Part shown: positions 38,301 to 49,296 of the stretch, one piece after another
How the letters are laid out: the number at the start of each line of letters is the position of its first letter
Position numbering within the stretch: position 1 is the first letter of the stretch
Source of the DNA: an uncultured Clostridia bacterium
GTDB taxonomy: Bacteria > Acidobacteriota > Aminicenantia > UBA2199
Length of the DNA stretch: 64,000 bases
Assembly: GCA_964422395.1 (NCBI GenBank)
Contig: CAYRAO010000001.1
Span: 73,530 to 137,529, forward strand
Direction: 5' to 3'
Notes under the pieces: model-generated
Told to the model about the DNA's origin: nothing
Databases searched by the model: none
Seen by the model: only the letters and a program-made list of their open reading frames with translations
Program-made: the position numbers and the translations under genes

Positions 38301-39086
38301 TCAATCTTTATCCCAATATTTTAGTTTTAATGACTTCCCATCATAATATCCGTAAGAAAAGTGTATTATCCAATCACCGGTATTAAGGTAAGTACATCCG
38401 TCTTTCACTTTTTCCATAGGAATATGAAGATGCCCGAGAACTACATAGTCATAACCTTCTTTAAATTTATTTTTTGCAAAATCAAAATATTCATTAGCCC
38501 AAGCATTTTTATCTATTTTTACATATTTTCTGCTTGATCCCGAAGCTAACTTTGCTATCTTCATCCCCAAGTCTGGATGGATAAATGTTTTGAAAAAAAA
38601 TTTTGAAAATCGGTTCCTAATCATCCTCTTTGCAAATCTATATCCTATGTCTTTTTTTGCCAATCCGTCTCCGTGACCCACAAAAAAAATTTTACCATCA
38701 ACCGAGATATCACAATTTTCATCAAAACAATCCATGCCGATCTCTTTTTGCAGATAGTATCCGAATTCAAAATCGTGATTCCCTGTAATAAATATGACCC
38801 TTTTCCCCGAATTTATTATTGAACGGAGTTTGAAAATTACCTCTCCCCAATACTTGGGAATAACATGAGACCACTCGTACCAAAAGTCAAATAAATCACC
38901 TCCGATAACAAGGACATCTCCATTATCCATCACATGATCAAGAAAAGCGGACAGTTTTTTTCTCTTTTCTATCTCATAATCATCCTCGTTAAAAGAAAGG
39001 TGTACATCCGATATAAAGAAAATTCTATTATCGGTTTTATTTAATTTCATAAGATGCAGTATACAAAAATATACGAGCATTGACAA
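38301..39086 (-). CDS. Metallophosphoesterase, UDP-2,3-diacylglucosamine hydrolase (LpxH)-like
   Basis: Calcineurin-like motifs (FFISDVHL, GGDLFDFW, GNHD, GHLH). Possible start at 39050. Confidence 0.6.
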   Translation of the reverse strand: MSMLVYFCILHLMKLNKTDNRIFFISDVHLSFNEDDYEIEKRKKLSAFLDHVMDNGDVLVIGGDLFDFWYEWSHVIPKYWGEVIFKLRSIINSGKRVIFITGNHDFEFGYYLQKEIGMDCFDENCDISVDGKIFFVGHGDGLAKKDIGYRFAKRMIRNRFSKFFFKTFIHPDLGMKIAKLASGSSRKYVKIDKNAWANEYFDFAKNKFKEGYDYVVLGHLHIPMEKVKDGCTYLNTGDWIIHFSYGYYDGKSLKLKYWDKD

Positions 39087-39166
39087 TGATATGATTTATT
39101 TCACTATCTTAAACAAAAATATTTTTCTCTCGTATCATGTAATGTAATACTAATATTGGAGGAATT

Positions 39167-40243
39167 ATGAAAAGGATTATTATGGTATTTATTCTTATAT
39201 CGGTTTCATTGTCAGTGATGCTCAAAAGTGAAGTAGTCGCAACTTTTCCGGATCTTATGAAGGCTTCGGGTCTTATTATTGACAAAGATTATTTGTACAT
39301 TTCGGAAGATATAACAATCTTCATTTATTCAATGAAAGATTTCAAATTAATCAAAAAATTCGGTAAAAAGGGGGAAGGCCCCGAGGAATTCAATAGGTTT
39401 GCATTAATAACACCATTAAAAGATAAGCTTTTAATAAATAGTATGAATAAAATTTCATACTACACAAAAAACGGAGAATACCTTAAGGAGATAAAGGTTA
39501 AAAGCGGTATTTCTTTCCTTTATCAACCGCTTGGGAATAATTATGTAGGAAGAAGTATCGGATCAAAAGACGGTACCCGATATGTTTCCGTCAACCTGTA
39601 CGACAAAGATCTCAACAAGATTAAAACATTGCTACATCAGGAGGACGATAACCAGTTTGCAAAAGGTAGCATTAAAATACTCAACAGTACTTTAAGTTAT
39701 ATGACATACAATGATAAACTCTATTTGGTAAACGGTAGTAATTTTGAGATAAAAGTTTTTGATAAAAATGCAAAACAAATTTTTGTTATTAAAAAAGATT
39801 TCAAAAGGCGAAAATTCACAAGTGAGGACAAAGAAGATATTTATGATGTAATTAAAACCAATCCTCAGTCAAAGCAATATTTTGAAATTGTAAAAAAAAT
39901 GGCTGTTTTTCCAAAAGAGTGGCCGGCTATATCGGGAGTTTTTGAGAGAGATAACATTATCTATGTTTCCACTTACAGGTCAAAAGATAAAACAAAATAT
40001 GAATTCCTCTTCTTTGACAAGAACGGAAAATTCATTCACAGTCTATATATTCCTTTAAAATTCCAAACAGCCCTCAAACCATATCCTCTCTCAATTTCAA
40101 ACGGAAAACTTTATCAATTGATCGAAAATGAAGATGAAGAAACATGGGAACTTCATATGAATTTCATCCATAATTCAAAGTTGACAAAATTCAGTAATTT
40201 TTCCGAAAATCTTAAAACTTCTTCCAAGCTAAAACATAAATGA
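39167..40243 (+). CDS. Secreted hypothetical protein, beta-propeller-like; paralog of 13714..14826
   Basis: GGAGG RBS. Signal peptide. FGKKGEGPEEF motif shared with the paralog. Confidence 0.5.
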   Translation: MKRIIMVFILISVSLSVMLKSEVVATFPDLMKASGLIIDKDYLYISEDITIFIYSMKDFKLIKKFGKKGEGPEEFNRFALITPLKDKLLINSMNKISYYTKNGEYLKEIKVKSGISFLYQPLGNNYVGRSIGSKDGTRYVSVNLYDKDLNKIKTLLHQEDDNQFAKGSIKILNSTLSYMTYNDKLYLVNGSNFEIKVFDKNAKQIFVIKKDFKRRKFTSEDKEDIYDVIKTNPQSKQYFEIVKKMAVFPKEWPAISGVFERDNIIYVSTYRSKDKTKYEFLFFDKNGKFIHSLYIPLKFQTALKPYPLSISNGKLYQLIENEDEETWELHMNFIHNSKLTKFSNFSENLKTSSKLKHK

Positions 40244-41146
40244 TAATCCCCATTGGATATGGTGAGTAAGGAAATCCACCGATACACGAGTTCCGGTTAT
40301 TTTGTCAAAGTGCATCCCTTTTAAATATGAATATGTGAGTTTGTATTCAAGATAAAATCCGAGTTTTCTCCATGGCTTGTAACGGATACCGGTACCGAAT
40401 CCAAATCCCCAGTTAGCAAGAGCCGACTGGTAAGAGTAAGATCTCCTTTTATTTCCTCCGGATTCTACGGTATCAATTTCAAGATGTGGAATTGCAGGAC
40501 CGAAAGAGGCATTTACATACGGCTGAAATCTACCTTCCGGAACCTTTAGGGAAGGGGAAAACAACCATCTGTAAACAATATGAAAAGCCGCATGATTCAC
40601 TCCATGAGAGATATTAAACATGCTGAGATAATCACCTATCCTAACCGTTTTATCAATATTTTTCCCCTTAAATACCCCCTTTAAGTGAACATTCTGATCA
40701 TAATCCATTAAAAAAACCTTGAGGTGGATAAATTCAACGCCTATACCGAAATTTGGGTAATTTTTGAAGAAGTGGATTAAACGGTAACTATAATATGGCT
40801 CGGTAAATGCTTTTACTGCATCTGAAATTTTTAAATTAAAAAGAGGTTTGATAAATGCATTCGGAATTATTGAATTATCTTCAAAGAAAGATTGATCTTC
40901 AAGATAAGTATCTTTCAAAACATAATCATTACCTTCATATTTCATATAGATATCAGCTTTTGTAGGAAACGATTTTCCCCTTGAATATTCAAAATAATTG
41001 AGAGTGATACCATTATTCTTCTTTGCAGTAGCACATCCGATAAGTAAAACAATCGCAACAACAATAATAAAAAGTCTAAATTTCATTTGATAACCCCTTA
41101 ATTGATTTTTAATTCTATTGTTTTTATTAACGAAATGCAAATTCAA
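40229..41146 (-). CDS. Outer-membrane beta-barrel lipoprotein (hypothetical)
   Basis: Lipobox LLIGCAT. Alternating beta-strand pattern. C-terminal ...GLSFMF. Confidence 0.45.
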   Translation of the reverse strand: MNLHFVNKNNRIKNQLRGYQMKFRLFIIVVAIVLLIGCATAKKNNGITLNYFEYSRGKSFPTKADIYMKYEGNDYVLKDTYLEDQSFFEDNSIIPNAFIKPLFNLKISDAVKAFTEPYYSYRLIHFFKNYPNFGIGVEFIHLKVFLMDYDQNVHLKGVFKGKNIDKTVRIGDYLSMFNISHGVNHAAFHIVYRWLFSPSLKVPEGRFQPYVNASFGPAIPHLEIDTVESGGNKRRSYSYQSALANWGFGFGTGIRYKPWRKLGFYLEYKLTYSYLKGMHFDKITGTRVSVDFLTHHIQWGLSFMF

Positions 41147-41163
41147 ATTATCTGTACTTCTCT

Positions 41164-41691
41164 TCAGTTATTTTTGGATTTTTTCTTATACACGGACAAT
41201 AATTTACTGAAAAACTTCAGATATCCTTGCGATTTAAAATCGGGATATGTCCATTCAAGGAAATGGAAATCTTTCCCTTTTATAACATACTCCATATGTG
41301 CATAAATACCATTGCTTAGAGGTATCCTTTGATAATAATTCTTTGTAGTTGCAATTATCACATTTGCATCTGAAATATACCCCGGATCCAAATTAACTAA
41401 TCTATTACCGGATTCGGAGAACTCCTTTTCCATTTCATTTGTCACTATTTTTATTTCAGGTAGTCCATCAGGCGGTATCAATTCGTCAAAAGATATGAAT
41501 ATTCTCTTTAAAGGTTTTCCCATTTCTGCAAAATAGTAGTCGGTAAAATCAAAATCCATAATATCGGATACAATGTCGATTCCGGAGAATCTATCCCTTA
41601 ATTTTAAAATTACCGATTCAATATTAATCCTATCGTTAAGTATGATGCCGGAAAATAAATTTACTTTTTTGAAACAGGTTTTCTTTGCCAT
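41164..41691 (-). CDS. DUF4416-like hypothetical protein
   Basis: The motifs NLDPGY, EWTYPD and YYFAEMG recall the DUF4416 family. This comes from memory and is not verified. Confidence 0.4.
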   Translation of the reverse strand: MAKKTCFKKVNLFSGIILNDRINIESVILKLRDRFSGIDIVSDIMDFDFTDYYFAEMGKPLKRIFISFDELIPPDGLPEIKIVTNEMEKEFSESGNRLVNLDPGYISDANVIIATTKNYYQRIPLSNGIYAHMEYVIKGKDFHFLEWTYPDFKSQGYLKFFSKLLSVYKKKSKNN

Positions 41692-43967
41692 ACTCTATTA
41701 TTTTCCATCAAAAAAAGTTTATTATTTACAAAAACGGCAACGTTGTTACCGTTTGGGGAAAAACCATGAACACTCCCCTCAAAGGACGGAGATTTATAAA
41801 CAAAAGAATTATCTTCCCCCATTTCAAATATTTCCCCCCCGTTTGTGGAAAATTCTATACTAAAAGGATTATTTTTCTTTATCACGGATTTGAGATCCCT
41901 CCTTGCCGGTATTTCCTCAATCCAGAAAGGATCAACACTAATAACTTTGAGAAGAGTTTCCGTTAAAAAATTTCTCCTATTTCTTTCGGTAAATATGTAA
42001 TATCTTTTATCAAACGAGTCAAAACATCCGCTGAAGTAATTTTCAAGAAGAATACTGTATAACTTTGATTTATAATCAAACATAATTAATTCTTTCCTAT
42101 CGTCTTTCGTATTAAAAACAATAATATTTTTTTTCGAATCAAAATCGGCAATTTCCAGTTCGGTAAATCTATTCTTTCCAAGAAACATCTTACTTTCAAT
42201 CAAGTCGATCTTTCCAGTCTCATTATCAAATACCACACCTTGAAAAGGATTCTTAAGATCAGATAAATAAATCAAAAAACTTCCAATATCTTTTGAAAAT
42301 ACAATCTTTACCAATTCCGAAGAAAATGAATCAAGATTTTCTCCCTTAACAATAAGCTCACGAATCTCTTTGGTAATTTTGGCTGCATTATATACCATAA
42401 GGAACTTTTTTAAAGGAATTGATTCAATCTCTTCAATTTCATCGGAATCGTCAAGAAATGTAAATCTTCCATTAGAAAAAACATATTTATAAATTCCGAA
42501 ATTAGATAATCCCGTGTATACAGGGCGTTTTTCTCCAAATCTATTCACTATCGAAAAAGGGGATTCAAAAGAGGTCTTTCTGATGTTCTTATCAATAAAA
42601 TAAGCTATTGTGCCCGAGGTATTAAATACCACTTCAAATGACGAAATTCTTTGATTAACCGTATAAATACTCTTAAACTGAAAATATCCTTTTGGATTTC
42701 TTATCATGGCATAAAGACTCTTCTTCCTCGAAGAAGGATCCTCGGTTTCCAATATTATCCTGTCCCTCTTTTTGGAGAAATAAACTCCGTCAACAACACC
42801 ATCATAGCCATAACTTGTGAGAATCTTTTTTTTTGCAAAATCCAAAAGGTACATTTTTTCCGATCTGCCACTAGATAACACTCCGACAACAAACAACGTT
42901 TTATCATCAATCCAAAAAATTTTTCTTACATCAACAAATCCAAGATAATCCAATTTCGGATAATTGAATCCCGATTTAAAAATTTTTTTGAGTGATTCTA
43001 CATTATCACCACTTATTATTGCACGATAAATCCAATTCTGAATATTACTTTTTTCAGTTTTATTCTTGAAATAGAAAAGTCCCAGCAATCTGTTAACATC
43101 CGAATCCCATTTGTTAATTGAATATAAGTTGTACAAGAAATTCTTTGCCCTGCTACTTCCAAGTCTTAAAAGCGTTTTTCCGTAAGATTTAATATAATCA
43201 GGATTCACATCCTTATACCTAAGTTCCTTAAGAACTACTTTTGCATTTTTGGGTTCTCCCTTTTCCAATAAATAGTTTGCATAAAGCAACTGAACATCAT
43301 TTCTTGCTCCGTTAAGCTTTCTGGAAGCACGAATATATTTCCCCATCCGTTCAATTCTGTTCAGATTAAATAAAGCTCTCGACATAAGAAAGTTAAGAAA
43401 AAAAACGTCAGAATTATTTACCAGGTCATTGCTTATAAGTAAAACGGTTTTTTCCGGACGTCCTTCTCTTATGTATAACTCTCCAAGCAACATTCTATAT
43501 TCAACCAAATTTTTTATACTTAACGCATTAAGTAAATGCTTTTTCGCAAGAGGAAAATTTCTCTCTTTTAAATATTCCATTCCGAGGCATGCATAAGATG
43601 CTGAAAAACTTTTGTTCAGTTTCAATGATTTCAGAAGATTCTCTTTGGATGTGGATGCTCTAACACCCGATAAAGATAAAGATATACCGACTATAGCATG
43701 CAACGACCTGAAATTCATATTTAAATACCTTTTAAATTCATCCTTTGCACCTTTGTTATCATTTCCGGTTAGTAACTCGAATCCCCGTCTGACAATAGGA
43801 TTGGAATTGTTCTTAAAAAAATCCTTAAAATAAATCCTTGCCTGCTTATAATCTTTCAACAGAAGGTAGGCAACCCCTTTTTCAAAATTTGATGAAGATG
43901 AATAAATATTGTACGAAAACGATAACACCAAGATAAAAACAAACAAAGCTACAATTAATCTTTTCAT
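41661..43967 (-). CDS. Secreted TPR-repeat protein with a large C-terminal non-TPR (beta-rich) region
   Basis: Signal peptide. TPR-like helical repeats in the first about 330 aa. It overlaps the downstream gene by 31 nt. Confidence 0.5.
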   Translation of the reverse strand: MKRLIVALFVFILVLSFSYNIYSSSSNFEKGVAYLLLKDYKQARIYFKDFFKNNSNPIVRRGFELLTGNDNKGAKDEFKRYLNMNFRSLHAIVGISLSLSGVRASTSKENLLKSLKLNKSFSASYACLGMEYLKERNFPLAKKHLLNALSIKNLVEYRMLLGELYIREGRPEKTVLLISNDLVNNSDVFFLNFLMSRALFNLNRIERMGKYIRASRKLNGARNDVQLLYANYLLEKGEPKNAKVVLKELRYKDVNPDYIKSYGKTLLRLGSSRAKNFLYNLYSINKWDSDVNRLLGLFYFKNKTEKSNIQNWIYRAIISGDNVESLKKIFKSGFNYPKLDYLGFVDVRKIFWIDDKTLFVVGVLSSGRSEKMYLLDFAKKKILTSYGYDGVVDGVYFSKKRDRIILETEDPSSRKKSLYAMIRNPKGYFQFKSIYTVNQRISSFEVVFNTSGTIAYFIDKNIRKTSFESPFSIVNRFGEKRPVYTGLSNFGIYKYVFSNGRFTFLDDSDEIEEIESIPLKKFLMVYNAAKITKEIRELIVKGENLDSFSSELVKIVFSKDIGSFLIYLSDLKNPFQGVVFDNETGKIDLIESKMFLGKNRFTELEIADFDSKKNIIVFNTKDDRKELIMFDYKSKLYSILLENYFSGCFDSFDKRYYIFTERNRRNFLTETLLKVISVDPFWIEEIPARRDLKSVIKKNNPFSIEFSTNGGEIFEMGEDNSFVYKSPSFEGSVHGFSPNGNNVAVFVNNKLFLMENNRVWQRKPVSKK

Positions 43968-44010
43968 GTCTTTTCCCCAAAACTTTTTTCTAATCCCATT
44001 TTATACTTTT

Positions 44011-44985
44011 TTAATAAATAATTACAAGACTTAATAAGTATAATGTCAAAATTATAATTGCATTCAAAGGTATCAAAAAAAAAGTTTTTACAGATTTACC
44101 CCTTTTTTGCATAAAAAACAATAATAGATTCATTACTGATGCAATGATTCCTATAAAAACAATTTTTTTATCCGAAATATCCGAAATTATATCTCCCTTA
44201 AAATAAAAGATATCGATAACAAAAATTATTGCAACATTAAACATGTTACTTCCGGCAATATTTCCCAATAACATTTCAAAAGCACCTATTCTCGCTGAAG
44301 CCAAAGATACAATCAATTCTGGAAATGATGTAACAAAAGCTAAAAATATAACCCCGACAAAAGAATCACTCCACCCCATTTTCATAGCCAATTCTTTTCC
44401 AACAACCGGCAAAAAAAATCCTACGGCAATTATAACAATTGAAGATATGGAAAAATTGAAAACCGCTTTTGACAAACTTTTGTTTTCATACCTTGTATCA
44501 CCATTGTTATCGGATTTACGATTTTTAAAAATTTTGTTAAGGAAAACAATATATACAGTAAAAATAATAATTGAAGAAATTCCGACATTAAAAACTCTAA
44601 CCCTTAAGCTTATTATCAATGCAAATGAAAACAGAAACATTAAGAAAAAACTAAAGAGCATCGGATAACAATCGGATTTTGAGTTTTTTACAAATAACTT
44701 GTTTTTCTTAAATAATATTTGGATAATTGCTATTATCGTTAAATTAAACACACAACTGCCGACAATCTGTCCGAGAGAGATTTCCGGAGATTTAACAATG
44801 GAAGCAGCCGATATCCCCGTAAATAACTCGGGAAAAGAGGTTACCATGGAGATAAAAACAACACCCATAAAAGCTCGACTCCACCCTTTTTTTTCTGCAA
44901 TAATATCCGAACTTTTCGCTACACTGGACCCAAATATATAAACGAGGATAAGTAAAAAAAAGAACTCTCCCCATACCAGAAACAT
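44011..44985 (-). CDS. Ca2+/cation antiporter (CaCA family, YrbG-like)
   Basis: Two alpha-repeats: GVVFISMVTSFPELFTGISA and GVIFLAFVTSFPELIVSLASA. Confidence 0.7.
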   Translation of the reverse strand: MFLVWGEFFFLLILVYIFGSSVAKSSDIIAEKKGWSRAFMGVVFISMVTSFPELFTGISAASIVKSPEISLGQIVGSCVFNLTIIAIIQILFKKNKLFVKNSKSDCYPMLFSFFLMFLFSFALIISLRVRVFNVGISSIIIFTVYIVFLNKIFKNRKSDNNGDTRYENKSLSKAVFNFSISSIVIIAVGFFLPVVGKELAMKMGWSDSFVGVIFLAFVTSFPELIVSLASARIGAFEMLLGNIAGSNMFNVAIIFVIDIFYFKGDIISDISDKKIVFIGIIASVMNLLLFFMQKRGKSVKTFFLIPLNAIIILTLYLLSLVIIY

Positions 44986-44988
44986 CTA

Positions 44989-45852
44989 CTATATACCCCA
45001 CTTTAATTTTTCGTTTAATAGACTGAAATAATTAATTTCATCGGAAATAATCATTTTTAGTTTTCTTAAACCGGTTTTTACGGTAACAACATCATTAACA
45101 TTAACCGGAATAACTTTTTGACCGTCTAAAGTTATAACAACATTATCCGATTCGGACACAAGAGTTATCCTTATTTCCGAAGAGTCAGGTACTACAAACG
45201 GTCTGAAAGTTAAAGAGTGGGGACATATCGGTGTTATAACAACACCGTTTACTTCAGGAGCAAGTATAGGACCTCCGGCAGATAGAGAATAGGCAGTTGA
45301 TCCGGTTGGAGTAGATATAATCAATCCGTCAGCTCTAATTTGTGTAACTTCAATTCCATCAATTTCGAGCTTCAATTTAATTATTCTTGCGATATCACCT
45401 TTGCTTATTACCACATCATTTAGAGATAATGATTTGTCACCTTTATATTGCACCTTTAAAAGCTTTCTGTCTGAAATTTTGAATTCACCTTTGGCAAGTT
45501 TTACAACCGCAGAAGAGATATTATCCTTTTTCAACTCTGTTAAGAAACCAAGTGTTCCAAGGTTAAAACCCGCTATCGGAATCTGAGCTTCTACAGCAGA
45601 TTCCGCAACGGACAAGAATGTCCCGTCACCTCCGATAAGAACTACAAGATCACAAAGACTGCTGACTTCAGACCTTTTCACACCCTCCTGTTTCCCTAAC
45701 ATATCAGCTGCTATCTCCTCCAGAATACAGACAGCCCCAATCTTTTCCAAAGCGGTTACCGATTCCCGAAGATAACGAAGAACATCACTGTGAGGTTTTG
45801 TAACGATACCTATCTTTTTATACTTTAATTCCATTTTTGATGATTTTATCAT
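44989..45852 (-). CDS. nadK: NAD+ kinase
   Basis: GGDGT motif (VVLIGGDGTFL). NAD kinase C-terminal beta domain. Confidence 0.9.
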   Translation of the reverse strand: MIKSSKMELKYKKIGIVTKPHSDVLRYLRESVTALEKIGAVCILEEIAADMLGKQEGVKRSEVSSLCDLVVLIGGDGTFLSVAESAVEAQIPIAGFNLGTLGFLTELKKDNISSAVVKLAKGEFKISDRKLLKVQYKGDKSLSLNDVVISKGDIARIIKLKLEIDGIEVTQIRADGLIISTPTGSTAYSLSAGGPILAPEVNGVVITPICPHSLTFRPFVVPDSSEIRITLVSESDNVVITLDGQKVIPVNVNDVVTVKTGLRKLKMIISDEINYFSLLNEKLKWGI

Positions 45853-46588
45853 CTATTGAACCATTTTGCCCATATTTTAGGTAAAAAAAATATTCTCGGT
45901 TTCCTTTTCTTCCGAGAATCCCCGATGAAGTAAAATTAATAAGAGAAAATCCGATATCTTCGGCTTTATGTTTTACTTGAAGAAGAGTCCTTATCCTCGT
46001 TTCCCTGCTTTTTATTACTCCCCCTTTTTCCGAATCTTTTTTCTCAACTTCAAATTGAGGTTTAATAAGGGAAACAATATCAATTTTTCCGAAATCTTTC
46101 AAAACTTCAAGAATTTTTATTACGGAAATAAAAGAGACATCTATCACAACAATATCCGGAATAAAAGTAATATCTTCAAGTTTGAGATATCTGGCATTCT
46201 TTTTTAGTAGTAAAACACGTGAATCTTGTCTCAATTTATAATCAACCTGCATTATATTCACATCTATTCCGAGAATTAAATTCGACCCGTTTTGCAATAA
46301 ATAATCTGTAAACCCTCCATTTGAGATCCCGATATCAATTGCACTTTTTCCATAAATTGAAATATCAAAATCCTCAATCGCTTTTTTCAGTTTATATGCC
46401 CCTCGCGATACAAATTCATCCGTTTTTAAAATAAGTATCTCATCTCCGCTACACACTAAATGATCCCTTTTATAAACCACATGTCCGTTCACACGGATCT
46501 CTCCCGCCATGATAAAAGGGATCGTATCTTTAGTAGAATCGAAGTCACCTCTTCTTACCAACTCAACATCAAGCCTTACTTTTTTCAT
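45818..46588 (-). CDS. tlyA: TlyA family rRNA (cytidine-2'-O)-methyltransferase
   Basis: S4-like N-terminus plus an FtsJ-like methyltransferase domain. About 256 aa. Confidence 0.8.
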   Translation of the reverse strand: MKKVRLDVELVRRGDFDSTKDTIPFIMAGEIRVNGHVVYKRDHLVCSGDEILILKTDEFVSRGAYKLKKAIEDFDISIYGKSAIDIGISNGGFTDYLLQNGSNLILGIDVNIMQVDYKLRQDSRVLLLKKNARYLKLEDITFIPDIVVIDVSFISVIKILEVLKDFGKIDIVSLIKPQFEVEKKDSEKGGVIKSRETRIRTLLQVKHKAEDIGFSLINFTSSGILGRKGNREYFFYLKYGQNGSIDDKIIKNGIKV

Positions 46589-46593
46589 TTATT

Positions 46594-47187
46594 CTATAAA
46601 TTCTCCGGTATACCGAATCTTTTATTTAAATAGTTTATCTTAAACTTTTTCTCTATCTTCTCATTCTTCATTGCTTCGGGTAAATTACTCATAAATATTT
46701 CCGTTTTTATATTTAGTTCTTCATCATTTGAAAATTCTTTAATAATAATTTCATATACCTCATCCAATAATTCTGTTTTTTGATCTCCTTCCAAACTTCT
46801 TAATCGGATAAACTCTTTCTCAACTAACTTTAAATCCAATGGAAATTCAGTAAAAAACCTCTCTGCTCTTTCATCCTTGGATTTATTATTCTCAGTATTA
46901 TCTCTATTAATACTCAATTCCATTCTTTCAGACATGTTTTTTCTTACTTCATACGAAAAATTTAGAAAACTATCTATGATTTTCCCCTTTTTTTGACGTC
47001 TCTTTTTAACTACATCTATTGAAGCCTTGACAATATCCAAAGGAATTTTCTTATCCCACCAGTTATATAAAACATCAAAATCCTTTGAAGTAATAAAAAA
47101 ATTTATCCCGTGTTTTCTAAGTAAATAATCTATTACGGTGAAAATATAATCATGATCATCCGGAAATTTTATCTTTTGTTCAGACAT
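46594..47187 (-). CDS. Hypothetical protein (197 aa, acidic/lysine-rich)
   Basis: ORF between coaX and tlyA. No motif recognised. Confidence 0.4.
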   Translation of the reverse strand: MSEQKIKFPDDHDYIFTVIDYLLRKHGINFFITSKDFDVLYNWWDKKIPLDIVKASIDVVKKRRQKKGKIIDSFLNFSYEVRKNMSERMELSINRDNTENNKSKDERAERFFTEFPLDLKLVEKEFIRLRSLEGDQKTELLDEVYEIIIKEFSNDEELNIKTEIFMSNLPEAMKNEKIEKKFKINYLNKRFGIPENL

Positions 47188-47188
47188 T

Positions 47189-47941
47189 TCATGCCGTTAC
47201 ACTACTTTTAAAAGTATTTTTTAATCCGATGTAGATAAGATCCGGTTCATACAAATCAATTTCAGGAATTTTCTTTTCAAAATATCTTGACAGACCGCCG
47301 GTTGCAATAACACCTGCATCAGAACCTATAACTTTTTTATATTCCTTGATCATAAAAGAGAGTCCACCGATATAACTGTAATAGATTCCGGCTTTAATGC
47401 TGTTTTCGGTATTTGTTCCTACTATCGATTCGGGAATTCCAAAATTTATCATATCTAATTTTGCAGTATTCTGAGCAAGACTTTTTATTGACAATCCGAT
47501 TCCCGGGAATATTGATCCCCCAATACATTCAGAATTTTTATTTACCAGATCAAATGTTGTTGCCGTACCGGAATCAATAACCATAAAAGGAGGAGAAAAA
47601 AAAGATAATGCCCCGACATAACCCGCTATCCTATCTGCACCCATCTCTTTCGGATCGTCTATTAAAAGTTTTATACCGGTATCGGTTGAATAATCAATGA
47701 ATACAGGATCAACATTAAAAAAATCCACAACTGATTTTTTTAAAGACCTATCTACATGCGGAACAACGGAAGATACCGAAACCGAGTCAATCATGTTTCT
47801 ACAATCTTCTTTAACAAGACTTTTTAAAAACTTTATATTTATCTCCTGTGGAGTAAGAAGTTTATTACGTGAAATTATTTTCCCATCGGAAAAAACAGCC
47901 ACACCTGTAGTCGTATTTCCCACATCTATCGTAAGAAGCAT
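47189..47941 (-). CDS. coaX: Type III pantothenate kinase
   Basis: IDVGNTTT N-terminal motif. ASKHA fold. Length 250 aa. Confidence 0.9.
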   Translation of the reverse strand: MLLTIDVGNTTTGVAVFSDGKIISRNKLLTPQEINIKFLKSLVKEDCRNMIDSVSVSSVVPHVDRSLKKSVVDFFNVDPVFIDYSTDTGIKLLIDDPKEMGADRIAGYVGALSFFSPPFMVIDSGTATTFDLVNKNSECIGGSIFPGIGLSIKSLAQNTAKLDMINFGIPESIVGTNTENSIKAGIYYSYIGGLSFMIKEYKKVIGSDAGVIATGGLSRYFEKKIPEIDLYEPDLIYIGLKNTFKSSVTA

Positions 47942-47942
47942 C

Positions 47943-49160
47943 TTATTCCCCCTTTTTCCCTATTGATAACGCATTGTCAAGAAGTTGACCGAAAGCACTC
48001 TCTGAAGAAGCTTTCTCTTCCATATCAGACTCTTTTTTGATTTTCGCAAGCTGTTCCGAAAGATCAATCCCCGGAGTTATTTTCGTTAGACCGATTTTTT
48101 TATCCGATCTATCTATTTTTTCTATCCAAACATCCACATTATCTCCCACATTAAAAACCTCTTTTGAATGACGATGAAATTTATCATCTCCGAGTTTGGA
48201 AACATGCAGCAAACCGCTAACTCCCGGAATTATATCAATAAAAGCTCCGTAAGGTTTAAGTGTAGCAACAGTGCCATTTACTTTATCTCCTTCGGAAAAC
48301 TTTTTTAAAAATTTTTCCCAAGGATCTTCAAGAAGACTCTTTCTCGAAAGAGAAATTTTTTGATTTTCATAGTCGATATCCTTTATTGTAACCTCTATTT
48401 CATCACCTTCCGCTAACACTTGAGTTGCATCATCAAGCTTTTCATTCGAAATTTCCGATATATGAAGTAACCCTTCAATACCTCCGATATCCAGAAAAGC
48501 ACCGTAGTTTTTAACAGTGCTTACCACCCCTTTTCTTACATCCCCCTTGTTTAAAGATTTGATCAGTTTTAACTTATTTGAATTCTTCTCCTCTTCAATA
48601 ATCTCCCTTCTTCCAAGTACAAGCTTATCCTCTTCAGGATTGAACTCAATTATTTTGAATGATAATATCTTGTCAACAAGAAAATCAGGATCTTCACTGT
48701 AACCGGACTCAATCTGAGAAAAGGGACAGAATCCTTTTTCCCCTTCTACCAAAACTTCGTATCCACCTTTATTAACTCCGGTAATCTTTCCTCTAACGGA
48801 ATCTCCACTCTGAATTTTCGATTCAATTTCAGTATTTTTCCCAACCATATCCGTAGGAAAAGAACTTCTGGATGTTGTACATCTGTAAAACCCTTTTCTC
48901 TTGTTTAAAACATACACTTCAACTTTGTCACCGGCAATCAAACTGTCGGGATCGAGAAATTCTTCACAAGGAATATCTCCTTCAAAAGTTCCTCCGAGAT
49001 CCAAATAGAAGATATCATCCTCGCGGGAAATAATAGTTGCATTTATATTTTCACCTTCTTTTATCTCTACTACCCCTTTATCGAATTCCTTCAATAAACT
49101 TTCAAATTCATCGTTCCTCTCTTTATTTCCTAAATTTTTATTGTTATCAGATTCAACCAT
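47943..49160 (-). CDS. S1 RNA-binding domain protein (multiple S1 repeats; ribosomal protein S1-like)
   Basis: Three or four S1-like repeats (GDSVRGKITGVNKGGYEV, GDVRKGVVSTVKNYGAFLDI, GDKVNGTVATLKPYGAFIDI). Confidence 0.7.
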   Translation of the reverse strand: MVESDNNKNLGNKERNDEFESLLKEFDKGVVEIKEGENINATIISREDDIFYLDLGGTFEGDIPCEEFLDPDSLIAGDKVEVYVLNKRKGFYRCTTSRSSFPTDMVGKNTEIESKIQSGDSVRGKITGVNKGGYEVLVEGEKGFCPFSQIESGYSEDPDFLVDKILSFKIIEFNPEEDKLVLGRREIIEEEKNSNKLKLIKSLNKGDVRKGVVSTVKNYGAFLDIGGIEGLLHISEISNEKLDDATQVLAEGDEIEVTIKDIDYENQKISLSRKSLLEDPWEKFLKKFSEGDKVNGTVATLKPYGAFIDIIPGVSGLLHVSKLGDDKFHRHSKEVFNVGDNVDVWIEKIDRSDKKIGLTKITPGIDLSEQLAKIKKESDMEEKASSESAFGQLLDNALSIGKKGE

Positions 49161-49296
49161 TTCTTCTCCTAAAAGGTATTTAGTTTAATATTCAAATCAA
49201 CCACTGTCAAGATTTTCAGGAATACTTTCGATATTTTATTATGAAAAATTCGGAACAATTCGATAACTGAAAACGTAAATATATTTGAGGTGAGAA

